Origin: Macrostomum hystrix | Lineage: Eukaryota; Animalia; Platyhelminthes | DNA: 64,000 nucleotides | NCBI GenBank assembly: GCA_950097015.1 | Contig: CATNEN010000034.1 | Location: 1,054,001 to 1,118,000, forward strand | Reading direction: 5' to 3' | In this document: one piece after another, positions 25,739 through 37,700 of the stretch | Layout of the letters: every line of letters starts with the position of its first letter | Position numbering within the stretch: the first letter of the stretch is position 1 | The notes under the pieces: model-generated | Told to the model about the DNA's origin: nothing | The model's database searches: none | Seen by the model: only the letters and a program-made list of their open reading frames with translations | Made by a program: the position numbers and the translations under genes

Positions 25739-28700
25739 ATGCTTCGATTGTGGAATTGCGCGTTCGGACCGCAGCTCTATCGGTTCTTTGATGCACGGGA
25801 GGTTGTAAGTGTTCCTTGTACACTTCATTTTACTAAATATCAGTACTATTTAAGTGACTACTTCCCCCTCCCTGACCCTCATTTGCCACAGCTCCTGACC
25901 CTGTTTCATTGACCCTGCCCCTGACCCTCTCTCATTGGCCACTAATCCTGACCCGCCTTCTTTGGCCACTGCCCCTCTTTCCCTCTGACCCGCCGCCCAT
26001 GACCCTCTTTCATTGGCCCCTGCCCCTGACCCTCCTTCATTGTCCCCTGCCCCTGTCCCTCTTTCTTTGGCTCCTGCCCCTGACCCTCTTTCTTTGGCCA
26101 CTGCCCCTGACCCTCTTTTATTGGCCACTGCTCCTGACCCTCTTTTATTGGCCACTGCTCCTGACCCTCTTTTATTGGCCACTGCTCCTGACCCTCTTTT
26201 ATTGGCCACTGCTCCTGACCCTCTTTTATTGGCCACTGCTCCTGACCCTCTTTTATTGGCCACTGCTCCTGACCCTCTTTTATTGGCCACTGCTCCTGAC
26301 CCTCTTTTATTGGGTCAGGTCCGTCACCATGCACTTTATTTTATCTGACTTCTATTTTTTCTTTGTCCTATACTTCCAGTCTTCATTCTATGCTGTGGCA
26401 TGATCTAACTTTGTATTGTAGAGTCAAATCTATCAGCAGAACCTGATGGAGTCTGTGCCAAATTACGTTCTAGGAGCGGTAAGATTATAATCAAAATTAT
26501 AATGGTTCTTTCATGGTTCTTTCGTTCCCTAAATGTGTTCATTTAGGAATTTCTGGCTTTTCTGCAAAACGCCATTTTTAAAGCTCGCCATTCTATCTAG
26601 TTTTCTATCTAATTTTTTAGGCTGAATTCTGCTTCGGGATTGCTAAATACGGCTGGCCATTCTATATGCCCTATGTTGTTAAACGACTAGTTAGTAGCAC
26701 AGGTAAATTTAGTTTTCTTTCTGTCAATAGTCACTTATAATGCAACGTAAACTACTATAAGTAGTAGAGGTAGATTTTCGATTCATTTTTTTGTCAATAA
26801 ATATTTGCGATTTTAGGTGAACGAATTCGAGTTCGCAGCGTCACGTATGTTGTCTACTCAGCTGGTGTGCTCTGCCTGTTGGCCTGCGCCGTACTTCTTC
26901 GCGGAATCGGTCGGGCATTGAACCCGACCTATTCAGAGTTCATCGCTGTGCTAGGCCGTGCTCAGCGCAGCCTGACCACTGAGAACAAAGAGGCGCTTTC
27001 CAGGTTCGATTTCGAATTCTGGGCCTGGCCAGTAGAATTCGACGCCGCCGGCGGTGGCGGACAAACGACTAGACGAGTTCGTCAACATCCAGCCGTCGAT
27101 GCCAATCCGGGCGCTGGCGGCCCCAGCGATTGGTTGTTGAATCTGTGCGCAGCCGGCCTAATTCGCTCGGTCGGCGTGCGGCTAACTTACCCAGGTTGCA
27201 CCAGTCTGATGAATGCCGTAACCAGGCCGTTCGTTCAACAGGTGCCTTGTCAAAATTATCTTTGTGATAATAATTGCCAGATTTCAGCGATTTACTGGAT
27301 CTTCACAAGAGAGTAGTAGCTACTTACGTTAAAAGCGAATGTGAGGTGCAGCGGGTCTCTTAAATATCAAAAGAGAGCTGCGGTTGCACACTTTATGATC
27401 GCTTGAAAAATTGATTGGCGGCTCACTTATAGAGCAAAGGGAAGCTGCGGCGGTTCACTTAAAGATCAAAGGTGAGCTGCGGCGCCCCACTTAAAGATGA
27501 AAGGTGAGTTACGGCGGCTCAATTACAGATCAAAGGGAAGCTGCGGCGGCTCAATTACAGATCAAAGAGAAGCTGCGGCGGCTCAATTACAGATCAAAGT
27601 TGAGCTGCGGCGGCTTACTTGCAGATCAAAGGGAAGCTGTAGCGACTCACTTGCAGATTAAGAGAAAGCAGATGCGCTTCATTACATTTCTAAGTGATGT
27701 AAAGTTTTTTAGGACTATCGAATGGACTTAAGTCGTTTAACATATGGAAAAAACAAAAATTAAAACAGGCTCGCTCCAGGCTGCGCCTAGAGCACGGCGC
27801 CAATCGTTATAAGCTGCGCACTCCGAATGGCTACGAAGTTGAATTATTCTTTGTTGATAAGCGAGCCAGCGGCGGAGCTAATGGCTCCACCTTGATTGTG
27901 TGCTGCGAGGGCAACGCCGCTTATCCGGAGATTGGCGCCACCGGCGTGCCTCTTGACGCTGGCTACTCCGTCATTGGCTGGCATCATCCGGGATTCGGTG
28001 GCAGCACGGTGTGTTGCTCGCAACAATTTTCCTAATAAAAAACAATAATAATTGCAGGAAAGCTGCTGACAATGGTACAATCGTCATTTAGTGGCACTAG
28101 ACCCGCAGCCAGCAAGGAGGCAATTCTGCCCATTTCGCTGACTCCTGAGCACACACGCACACAGATACTGTACGCAGGCATACGCTCACACAGGTGTGTA
28201 CATCTGCCCTGACTTTCTCATTGTCAGGCAGTGTACACTTACACTGTGCTTTGGAGGTTGGCCCTCGAGGGCGTAAATTGCAAGACAAGCCCTCAAGCCT
28301 TCTCTCCGCGGCTGCGCCCCAAAATGAATGTGGCCTCGCCGCGGAATCGAGCTCAGGGACCTTGGTGCAAGGGAAAACGCGTTAGATCGACCTCCCAATA
28401 ATTTCCTAATTCTGAATTAATTTTTTCGAGAGGATCTCTATTATTTTCTTCGCGAAAAAATTCAGGGTCTTCCACTGCCCAACACAGAGCAAGAGTTCAT
28501 CAGTACAGTGCTACAGTTTGCTGAGCAAATGCTGCGATTCCGTCTGAAAGACACGGCCATTCTGGCCTGGTCGATTGGCGGCTACACGGCTAGTTGGGCT
28601 GGAGCAAACTATCCAGAGCTAAAATATGTCATGCTGGATGCCACATTTGACAACATTGAAGAGCTGGCTGTCAAAGCCATGCCCAAGTTTGCTAGCGGCC

Positions 28701-31700
28701 TGGTGCGAGAGGCTATAAAACGCGAGATGAATCTGAACAATGCGGAACTGCTGTGCCGGTAAGCCATCAATGAAATCAAGCTGTCATTCGTGTGGTGTCG
28801 CAGTTTTCATTTTTCCCGTGAGATAATAAATAATAATAATTGCAGGAGGGCTGCGGGCAGTGGCACATCATTTGGTGGCACTAGACCCGCAGCAAGCGAG
28901 GAGGCAATTCTGCCCATTTCGCTGACTCCTGAGCACACACGCACACAGATACTGTACGCAGGCATACGCTCACACAAGTGTGTACATCTGCCCTGACTTT
29001 CTCATTGTCAGGCAGTGTACATTTCACTGTGCTTTGGAGGTTGGCCCTCAAGGGCGTAAATTGCACGACAAGCCCTCAAGCCTTCTCTCCGCGGCTGCGC
29101 CCCAAATAAATGTGGCCTCGCCGTGGAATCAAACTTAGGGACACTGGTGCGAGAGGCAAACGCGACAACCGCTCTGCCACCGACCCCTGTTCCCTTAGGA
29201 AACTCTTATCCAAGAGAGTCCTGCAGTTCTCGGATGCCCTTAGGAAACTCCTATCCAAGAGAGTCCTGCAGTTCTCGGATGCCCTTAGGAAACTCTTATC
29301 CAAGAGAGTCCTGCAGTTCTCGGATGCCCTTAGGAAACTCTTATCCAAGAGAGTCCTGCAGTTCTCGGATGCCCTTAGGAAACTCTTATCCAAGAGAGTC
29401 CTGCAGTTCTCGGATGCCCTTAGGAAACTCTTATCCAAGAGAGTCCTGCAGTTCTCGGATGCCCTTAGGAAACTCTTATCCAAGAGAGTCCTGCAGTTCT
29501 CGGATGCCCTTAGGAAACTCTTATCCAAGAGAGTCCTGCAGTTCTCGGATGCCCTTAGGAAACTCTTATCCAAGAGAGTCCTGCAGTTCTCGGATGCCCT
29601 TAGGAAACTCTTATCCAAGAGAGTCCTGCAGTTCTCGGATGCCCTTAGGAAACTCTTATCCAAGAGAGTCCTGCAGTTCTCGGATGCCCTTAGGAAACTC
29701 TTATCCAAGAGAGCCCCGCAGTTCTCGGATGCCCTTAGGAAACTCTTATCCAAGAGAGTCCTGCAGTTCTCGGATGCCCTTAGGAAACTCTTATCCAAGA
29801 GAGTCCTGCAGTTCTCGGATGCCCTTAGGAAACTCTTATCCAAGAGAGCCCCGCAGTTCTCGGATGCCCTTAGGAAACTCTTATCCAAGAGAGCCCCGCA
29901 GTTCTCGGATGCCCTTAGGAAACTCTTATCCAAGAGAGTCCTGCAGTTCTCGGATGCCCTTAGGAAACTCTTATCCAAGAGAGCCCCGCAGTTCTCGGAT
30001 GCCCTTAGGAAACTCTTATCCAAGAGAGTCCTGCAGTTCTCACTCGTTAGGCTTGGTCTGATGCTTTCGTGAAGATTCGTCGAGGTCGGACAAAGACGTC
30101 TGAGATTTTTGGGCTCTCGGGTGTCTCGTATTTATAGCCAATCTGGACCCCTCCCAGCGATGCTATTGGCTGGGCTCATTCGAGCTCTCTCATTGGCTGG
30201 AATGAAATCATTCAGCGGGTGTGCCACAACAGCGGTGAAAAACCTTGGAATTGGAGATAACTGCCAACGGATTGCCTAGCACAGACGCTAGCAGACACCC
30301 TAGCTCCCAATCTTAACTCAACTAAAAAGATAGGACTTAAGCTAGGCTATCTAGCGACCCACTGCATTTGGATGCCTAAATTCTTCACTGGAATTTCTAT
30401 AATTATGGACAGAAAGTTTCCTAAATTCTGTTCAAGCCGTACTAGAATTTTCCTACAGTCTTAGTGGAATTTTCCTACTCTTGAGTAGGTTTCCTACGGT
30501 TTTTAGTGGAATATCGATACATTCTTAATTAGACTTTGTCTGCATACTTTAGTGTAATTTTACTAAACTTTTAGTACAATTGTGGTGTTAAAATTTTAAC
30601 GGAATAATAATTAAACTCCTTTAAAACAAGCTTGAACTTTTAAGATGGTTAAATCTTTATTAATTTGAATCTCTTTTATTTTTACTGTCAGTTGTCATCA
30701 AGTATCGATGTCTGTAAAAGCTATTAAAACAATGCAGATAGTAGGGCAAAGCAACACAGTTTGCTGCATCACATCATTAAAAAACGAGTGATGCGTCTGG
30801 TGATGTATTCGGAATGCACTTTTGCAAGCTAATGATCGTCTGTGCAGAGTGCGCAAGAGCAGCATCTAATAATTCTCATATGCAAGTCTAGTTTTGTTCT
30901 TGTCTCTTTATGTAGATGATCACCATCAATCAGTCTAGATCAGCTTCTACTCTGAGTCAAGACTTGGGGTTTGGAATGACAATTTTAAATGAGCTCAAAA
31001 CTAGCTTATATATGGTTTGGCAAGCCCGACCGCTTGAGCGACGGTGCGTGTTTTCTACTGCGTAAAACTGGGCCGATATAAAATCTACCCTCAGGCTGAC
31101 CCATTTTGTAACCAGATTTAACTATTGCTAAGCTGGCTAAAATATGAAAATGGATTAATGGGTTTTAGCCCAGATTTTAGGCTCTATAAACTGACAGAAA
31201 AAGTTGTGGTTCACGGAGAGCGTAATTTCGTATGTATTTTGCATATGGCAGCCCTAGTTATTCTTTCAAAAAATTCGCACGAAATCTGACTCAAATGTCA
31301 GACTGGTCCATAATATTCGCCGGAATGTGACCCGGATACACCACATAGAACGCGTCATGTTTTTCTGTTTTATGTTTCTGGAAACTCTAGAGGCGTGCAG
31401 CACGACTATAAAGTACCAGTTGATTCAGTATTGTTTTTTTATGGCTCCTCTTCGTCATCGAAGTCGTCATCTTCATCTCCAGTCTCCGCAGCTGGAGACG
31501 TCGGTGTTTGATTGTCGTCAAAGTTATCTGATGCGGCTGTGGCCATAGAATCGTCCAGGTCAGCGGCGTCGGAGACGCATGCTGCCGCTTGCCATGCGGC
31601 CAATCGGAGTCGCTTGTCGGCTGCCAGAAAAAATAATGGATAGGCCAGGCAGGCGGCGTAGGCGATCCACTTGGCGTCTGCCAGAGTCCTTGCCGACGGT

Positions 31701-34700
31701 TGGGCACTCGCCATGCAGTGAAAGTTCAAACAGAGACAATGTGCCAGGCTACCCAGCATGTAGGGTGACCAGAATACGACTGCTACGAAGAATAAGCACA
31801 GATTGATCGTGCACGCAGAGCGCTCCTCCTGCAGCATTCGACGCCATGAGTTACTTGCTGATCCGCTTCTGTTTTTTTGCAAAAATTTAAGTGAATAAGC
31901 GAGTCATGGATGAACTAATGAGTTTGGTATGCCTATAACTAGCCACCACTAGTTCGTTAAAAATCAGTTTAACCCGAAACATCAGTGCAAAAGAGCGACT
32001 CGCTGTCATGCGAGCGCCATGCTTGCTCACCACTATCTTGTCACTAGGCACACTCGCATATTAAGTAGGCAGTCCTTACGTCTCCCATTGTCCGCTGCGA
32101 GCTGTCTGAATCTCCACTTCTGGTTCTCTGGCCAGTGCCGCAGTGTCCGCTGCTGACGTCTGGCCCTGCGCATCCGTCGTCGTTGACGTGGCAGCCGCTG
32201 CTGCTGCTGCCGCTTCGTATAGCGCGCGGCCGTGTCTGGGACAAACAGCACAATCTTGTGCCAACCTGTGCAGCGCCCTGTCGGTTGTGTAGCTAGCTGG
32301 TAGTGAGGCCTGCCCACGATTAGGACTGTGATGCTGTCGCCACCAGTTTGCGTTTCCGCTGCCGAATGTAACAGTGCGATTGTACTGTCGAGAGTCCAAA
32401 GTCTGACAGCTCTGGCTTCCAACAATCTGGCCAGCGACTGATTGTTGGCCACCTGAGTTTGTCAGCGTTTCGTCGTTCGCCTCCGGAATGGTTGCCATGT
32501 GGTACATTTCCAGGAAAATACCGCTACCTCCGCTACTGTCGAGTGTCAGAGCTGCAGCTGTGTCTGTCGGGTGCAGAAGCAGGGTCTCAGCTGTAGTGTC
32601 GCGTTGCATTTCGATCACACTTGGTGACCAATGCTCCTGCTCATGCTGCTGCTGCTGCTGTTGTTGCAGCTGTTGCATTCTTTGACGTCTTATTTGTCGA
32701 CGCCGGCGTCTAGAAGCCGCCTTCATCAGGCCGGCGGTGGCAGCTTCGGCATTGCCGTCGCTGCGACGAAGCGCAGCGAATTGGCGAAACGCCATCAGCA
32801 GCAGGGTCAGACTGGCTAGGCCGGGGAGGCCGTAAGACATGCAGGCGCGTAGGATAACAAAGTTGGGATCTCGGTGCAGGCAAGCGCCCCCTGTCACATC
32901 GAAGAGATCTTCATAACTGAAATTTTGCCAATGAAGTCTTTATACTACTAACATCCGTCCACCAAACGCTCCTTACTCGACACCTTGCTTTTGATCTTGA
33001 ATAAAGCGGTCAGGTACTAGTTGAAACTTACTGCTTGCTGATTGCAAACTCGGCTGTAGTTTGTATAAAGCTAACACTCCATGGTGCGCCAATCTTCAGG
33101 CAGGTAGATCCGCGCCCAGTAGAATGTGAATAGCTCATTGGATAGCGCAATCTTAGCCAGGTGTCTATAGCGCAGCCGAGGCAGTGCAGGAACACCAGGT
33201 TGCATAAAAAGGTGTCCATGTATAGCCAAACTATGCACAGTGTGTCTAGCAGCTGCTTGTACTTTTCGCCTGACAAACGATTGGTCAATTGTATAAGTTT
33301 CCATAGAGCATGGTTCAAATTTCGTTCAATTCAACTCTTTGAATAATACGAATACGATAGCTTCAAAAACAAGTTCATCAGCTAATCGATACCATCAATT
33401 TTAATGGTAGTCTAGCTAGGCACAAATTGAATTTCATGATTATGCTATGAATAATAATAATCTTCTTTCCACAAGCTAAAGAGGATTAAAGATTTTTGTT
33501 CGGAGAGTAAAAATCTACACAAAATTTCTCTTTGGACTGCCAATATTTGGATCCATACTTTGCTTACATAGCCTGTATACATATATCCATAATCAGGTTA
33601 GTGGGAGAGGGTGTGTTCAGCCACGGCTTCAGATTCTAATCGCTAGATGATCCGCCTCTGGTCTCCGCCGGTGAGCGTTTCCTCTGTTTTTCTTCTTCAT
33701 TGGCGAAGAGAGAGAGTTGTAATTGCATCAAAGGAGGGATAGAAGAGAATTGTCTGTCGCTTTGGGATCACTTCATCTCGAAGTGAAGGGATTGGTTCTC
33801 CAGCCCCTCCCCATTCGAGCCGATTGCTGTAGGATCAATCGCCTCTGGGATAGAAGTAGGATTATGAGAGATTAAGAAAAGCGAAAGTGATGGGCAGTGA
33901 GGCGTTTGTGTCGAATTCCTGGATCATGAAACTTGCCGCATGCGCAAACCAAAGCTTTTCTGCAACCTGTAGTTGGATTTATTCGCGCCACGTTGCTCGT
34001 TATATTTAAGCTATGTAGAGCTTAGATTTTGCGTGCCAGTTAGCGTTGATGAATATCACACCTGTATTTTTATTTCTATTCCTACAAATTTGTGCTTTTT
34101 ATAATAGACAAGCATCAGTTGTCTTCGGAAACAAGCAATAGAAGGAGGGCCAGACAAAGTGGGAAGAGGTCAGTGAGAACCAGAATGGGAATTGGTCAGT
34201 GAGAAGCAGAGTGGGAAGAGGTCAGTGAGAACCAGAATGGGAATTGGTCAGTGAGAAGCAGAGTGGGAAGAGGTCAGTGAGAAGCAGAGTGGGAAGAGGT
34301 CAGTGAGAAGCAGAGTGGGAATTGGTCAGAAGAAACGTAAATGAACATAAGTTAAGAAAAATGAAGAAGTTTGAAGCGATAGTAAGGTGTCCAAAATATT
34401 TAAGTTCAATTTAGATAACAAGCACAATGCACAGTCGTGAATGACTTCAGAAGCAGAAAAAAATGGAGAGAAATGGTGAGACGGTTGGTGTAAACAGATG
34501 CTAGAAGTAAAAGAATTAGATAAAGAGTGAGTCAAAGAGAGGGAAGGAGAGAACGCCAACATAGAATCGACAAGTAGTGAAAAAATTGGACCACGGTAAC
34601 CAGAAGCGCAGTGGCAACGCGGACCCGCATCAATCAGAATGCGGAATGTCGATACTGTTTTCAAGCTCCCATTTTCATCCTTATAGGCGCTATAGGCGAA

Positions 34701-37700
34701 CGGGGTTAGGGTGATGAGAGAAAAAATGGGAATGGAAACTAGAGCCTTGGGCGATAATAACAGCTGAACTATATAGCGACTCCGGTTAATCTGTGCGCCT
34801 GGAAACCCTCGCGTTGGATTGAAAGCTAAGCCGGCAGTGAGCGATAGAAAGCGAAAGAGGAACTGCCTAATTAGACCGTCACCCTGGCGACCTCATCCGC
34901 CCGGCGGTTGGCGCAGCTGCTCCACACTCTATTTTCAGAAGAAAAACGCCATTTAGAGAGAAGGCCTGCTGTAAGAAGTGGTCTTTTAAGCATCAGTGGT
35001 CTCAAAATGAATCGCAAAAGACGCAACGACCGTATGGCCATAAGTTAAAATTTTAGTGAGAAAAAAGTAGAAGGCCGGCACCTTAAAGTGACACCTTAAT
35101 TTGTAGTTTGAGGATAACTCAGGTTATCAAAACGGCTGACTTGCTGAACCAAAATTTATCTCTCAACCTAACAGATCATTAGATTGCATCAAACCTACCA
35201 GATGCCATCCCATCCTGCAAAATCCTCAGATTGAAAGTCTTAAGTCAAGTTCAAGGCAATCATTTGCTTAAAGTGCTTGCGCTTTAGCCAAACAAGCCGC
35301 ACTATCGGTGAGCTGGTATTTAAGAAGTACAACTGGCAAATTGAATCACACTCGTTGTCCTTAGCCCTCCGTCAAATTCACTTTATTCGGACCATAATTG
35401 TGTAAAATGATTGGCCCCTCTAGAGTGATTGGCCAAGCAGCATCGATCGATGTAGTAAAAATCAACCGAACAACGCGATACAATGACGCTTTTCTAGAGA
35501 CTCAATCACATTTTCTTGTTTGAGCTGCTCTGAGACTCCAAAAAAATTCGATTGGCTGATGACTGTTGCTTCTAGTTAATAAGCTCTCGTTTGTTGCTGC
35601 AGTGGCCTGACTGCTTCTGACAATACTACGAGCTATGAAATTTTATTATTTACAGAATAAAATTTCGCTACGAATCAGAGCTTAAATTTTTAAGCTTGTA
35701 AAAGAAGTGGGTGGCATAGAAGTAGAGATTTGCTTTGTGAGATAAAGATTCAGATGCGGACATAGGTAGAGTGGTGGACGGAGAGCGGTAGAGAGTGGTA
35801 GGCGGAGAGAGGTAGAGTGTTTGGCGGAAGAGGTAGAGAGTGGTTGGCAGGTAGAGGTAGGGTTGCTGAGAGGTAAATGTTGGTAGATCGAGAGGTACTT
35901 CATATACTAACTGAGAAAGGTTGTTTGGAATAAAGAAGAACATTGATTAAATTTGTAAGGTATCTATTAAAGAGTTACGTGTCCAGTTTAGCCTCACCAA
36001 CAATGTCGAACACAAGGTCTGGCGGCACAGCCACCAGGCACTGCAGCAGCATAGCGGCGCACACAGAGTTGGCATAGTAGTAGGTGACCGCCCGCAGAGA
36101 TCTGTTACGCCGCATGCCAGTCAATAAAAGGCTGTTCAGCACCAGCGCCAGGACTAGAATTGTGGCGCCAATGGCCAGGGTGGCCGCGGTTGGCAACGGC
36201 ATGGAGTCGCGTAGTTTGTTTTGCAATGTTCTTCGCCGTACTGTCAGAGTATTTTTGATCTGCTGGATTAGGCCTTATTCCATTTCGTGCATTTATTCAA
36301 CCGGCATTAGTCTGAAATGCCCCATGATTGGACACTGGATGGCATCAGCGATGGCTATTGGACAAGCGGCTGACTGGCTTGGGTTGCTGTGTAGCCTAGA
36401 AATATCACAGCGAAGGCGGCCCGAAGGTTATTGCGCTCAAGTGCAGGGCCACTGTCGCAATCTCTTGGGAGCTAAGGCATGTCCGAGCGAGGGCATCGCA
36501 TCCCTGGCGGCAACAATTTTCATTCTGTTAGGATTCAATTTCCATATTCACTATGCTGTAGTAGTGCTAGTTGCTATACTCTGCAACTGTAGAGTTTGCT
36601 TGCCTCGTCAAATTATTTTCATCTGAAAAATTTCGACTTGAAAATGCAAGTTGCAAAATGTCGAACGAATTTTGATTTTTAACTCCCTACTACGTCTTGT
36701 GAGTTCTCACTGGATTATTGACTTATGAATCAAATTTCTGCTGCTGCTGCTGCTGTTCGCATAGCAGCCTAGTCTTCGGTTTCAAGTATTAACATTCTAC
36801 AGTATTTAGATTTTTTCTCCATTCTATTGATGTTCGCGACAGAAACGCTGAAGATATGGAGATCGATTCTTGACTTGCTTGACTTAGCGCACGCTCGCGA
36901 CAGTTCCATGAGAGAGCATTCTTGGCCCACTTTCACCTACTTTAAAAGCTGCTGCTGCTGTTGCTGTTGCAGAGGACAGATATGTCACTGTGGCTCTCAC
37001 GCATTTGTGACAGAGCCAAAATGTGCTATGGAGGCGCGAAGGAAATCGAAATGCGCGGATCACAAAAACACATCGGAGTTCTAAGGTGGGCAAGCGCCTT
37101 CCAAAAAAAACTAAAATCTAGGGCGGTGAGGGGATCAAGGTATTTTTGGCCTAGTACGCGAGAGAGAGCTAGTAGCTACCTTAGTCTCCTGCTTCTAATT
37201 TGTTTTCCCACCCGACGGCTGATTCCATCTTTCCGACCCGTTTCTGATTGCGCCACATGCCATAGGAAATCTGTTGCCATGTTGCCATGCGGTGCGCACT
37301 TCTGTTTGCAGGATATTTGGTCAAAGTATATGTGCGTTTGCTGTGGAGGCTGCAGGAGCGAAGAAGTCAGAAAACTATAGGCACTTTATTTGTCTTATTG
37401 GGGAAGTTAAACCGAATGGCTTGTTGTAATTAATCAAATTGCTGCGGGTTTGCACACATTGCGTGCATCACTCATTGCATAGATTCGTCAGTTTGACCAG
37501 CGGTTTGAGAAAATGCTGAATTCTTAGCACTACCCACCGTAGCGTAACATTACCTTGTCGCCAACTGGAGACAATCGCCAGTCATTTCCAATTACTGCAT
37601 TACTAATTGCATCCACATTGCATTGTGCAGCTACCCGGGACCAGTGAAGTTAATTCGACGCTCCCAGGACGAAATGATCACCACTGGCCGACCGGACGAA

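Noticed and set aside
29076-30072. Three overlapping ~315-aa ORFs
   Set aside because: The 45-bp unit happens to lack stops in these frames; it is intronic repeat.
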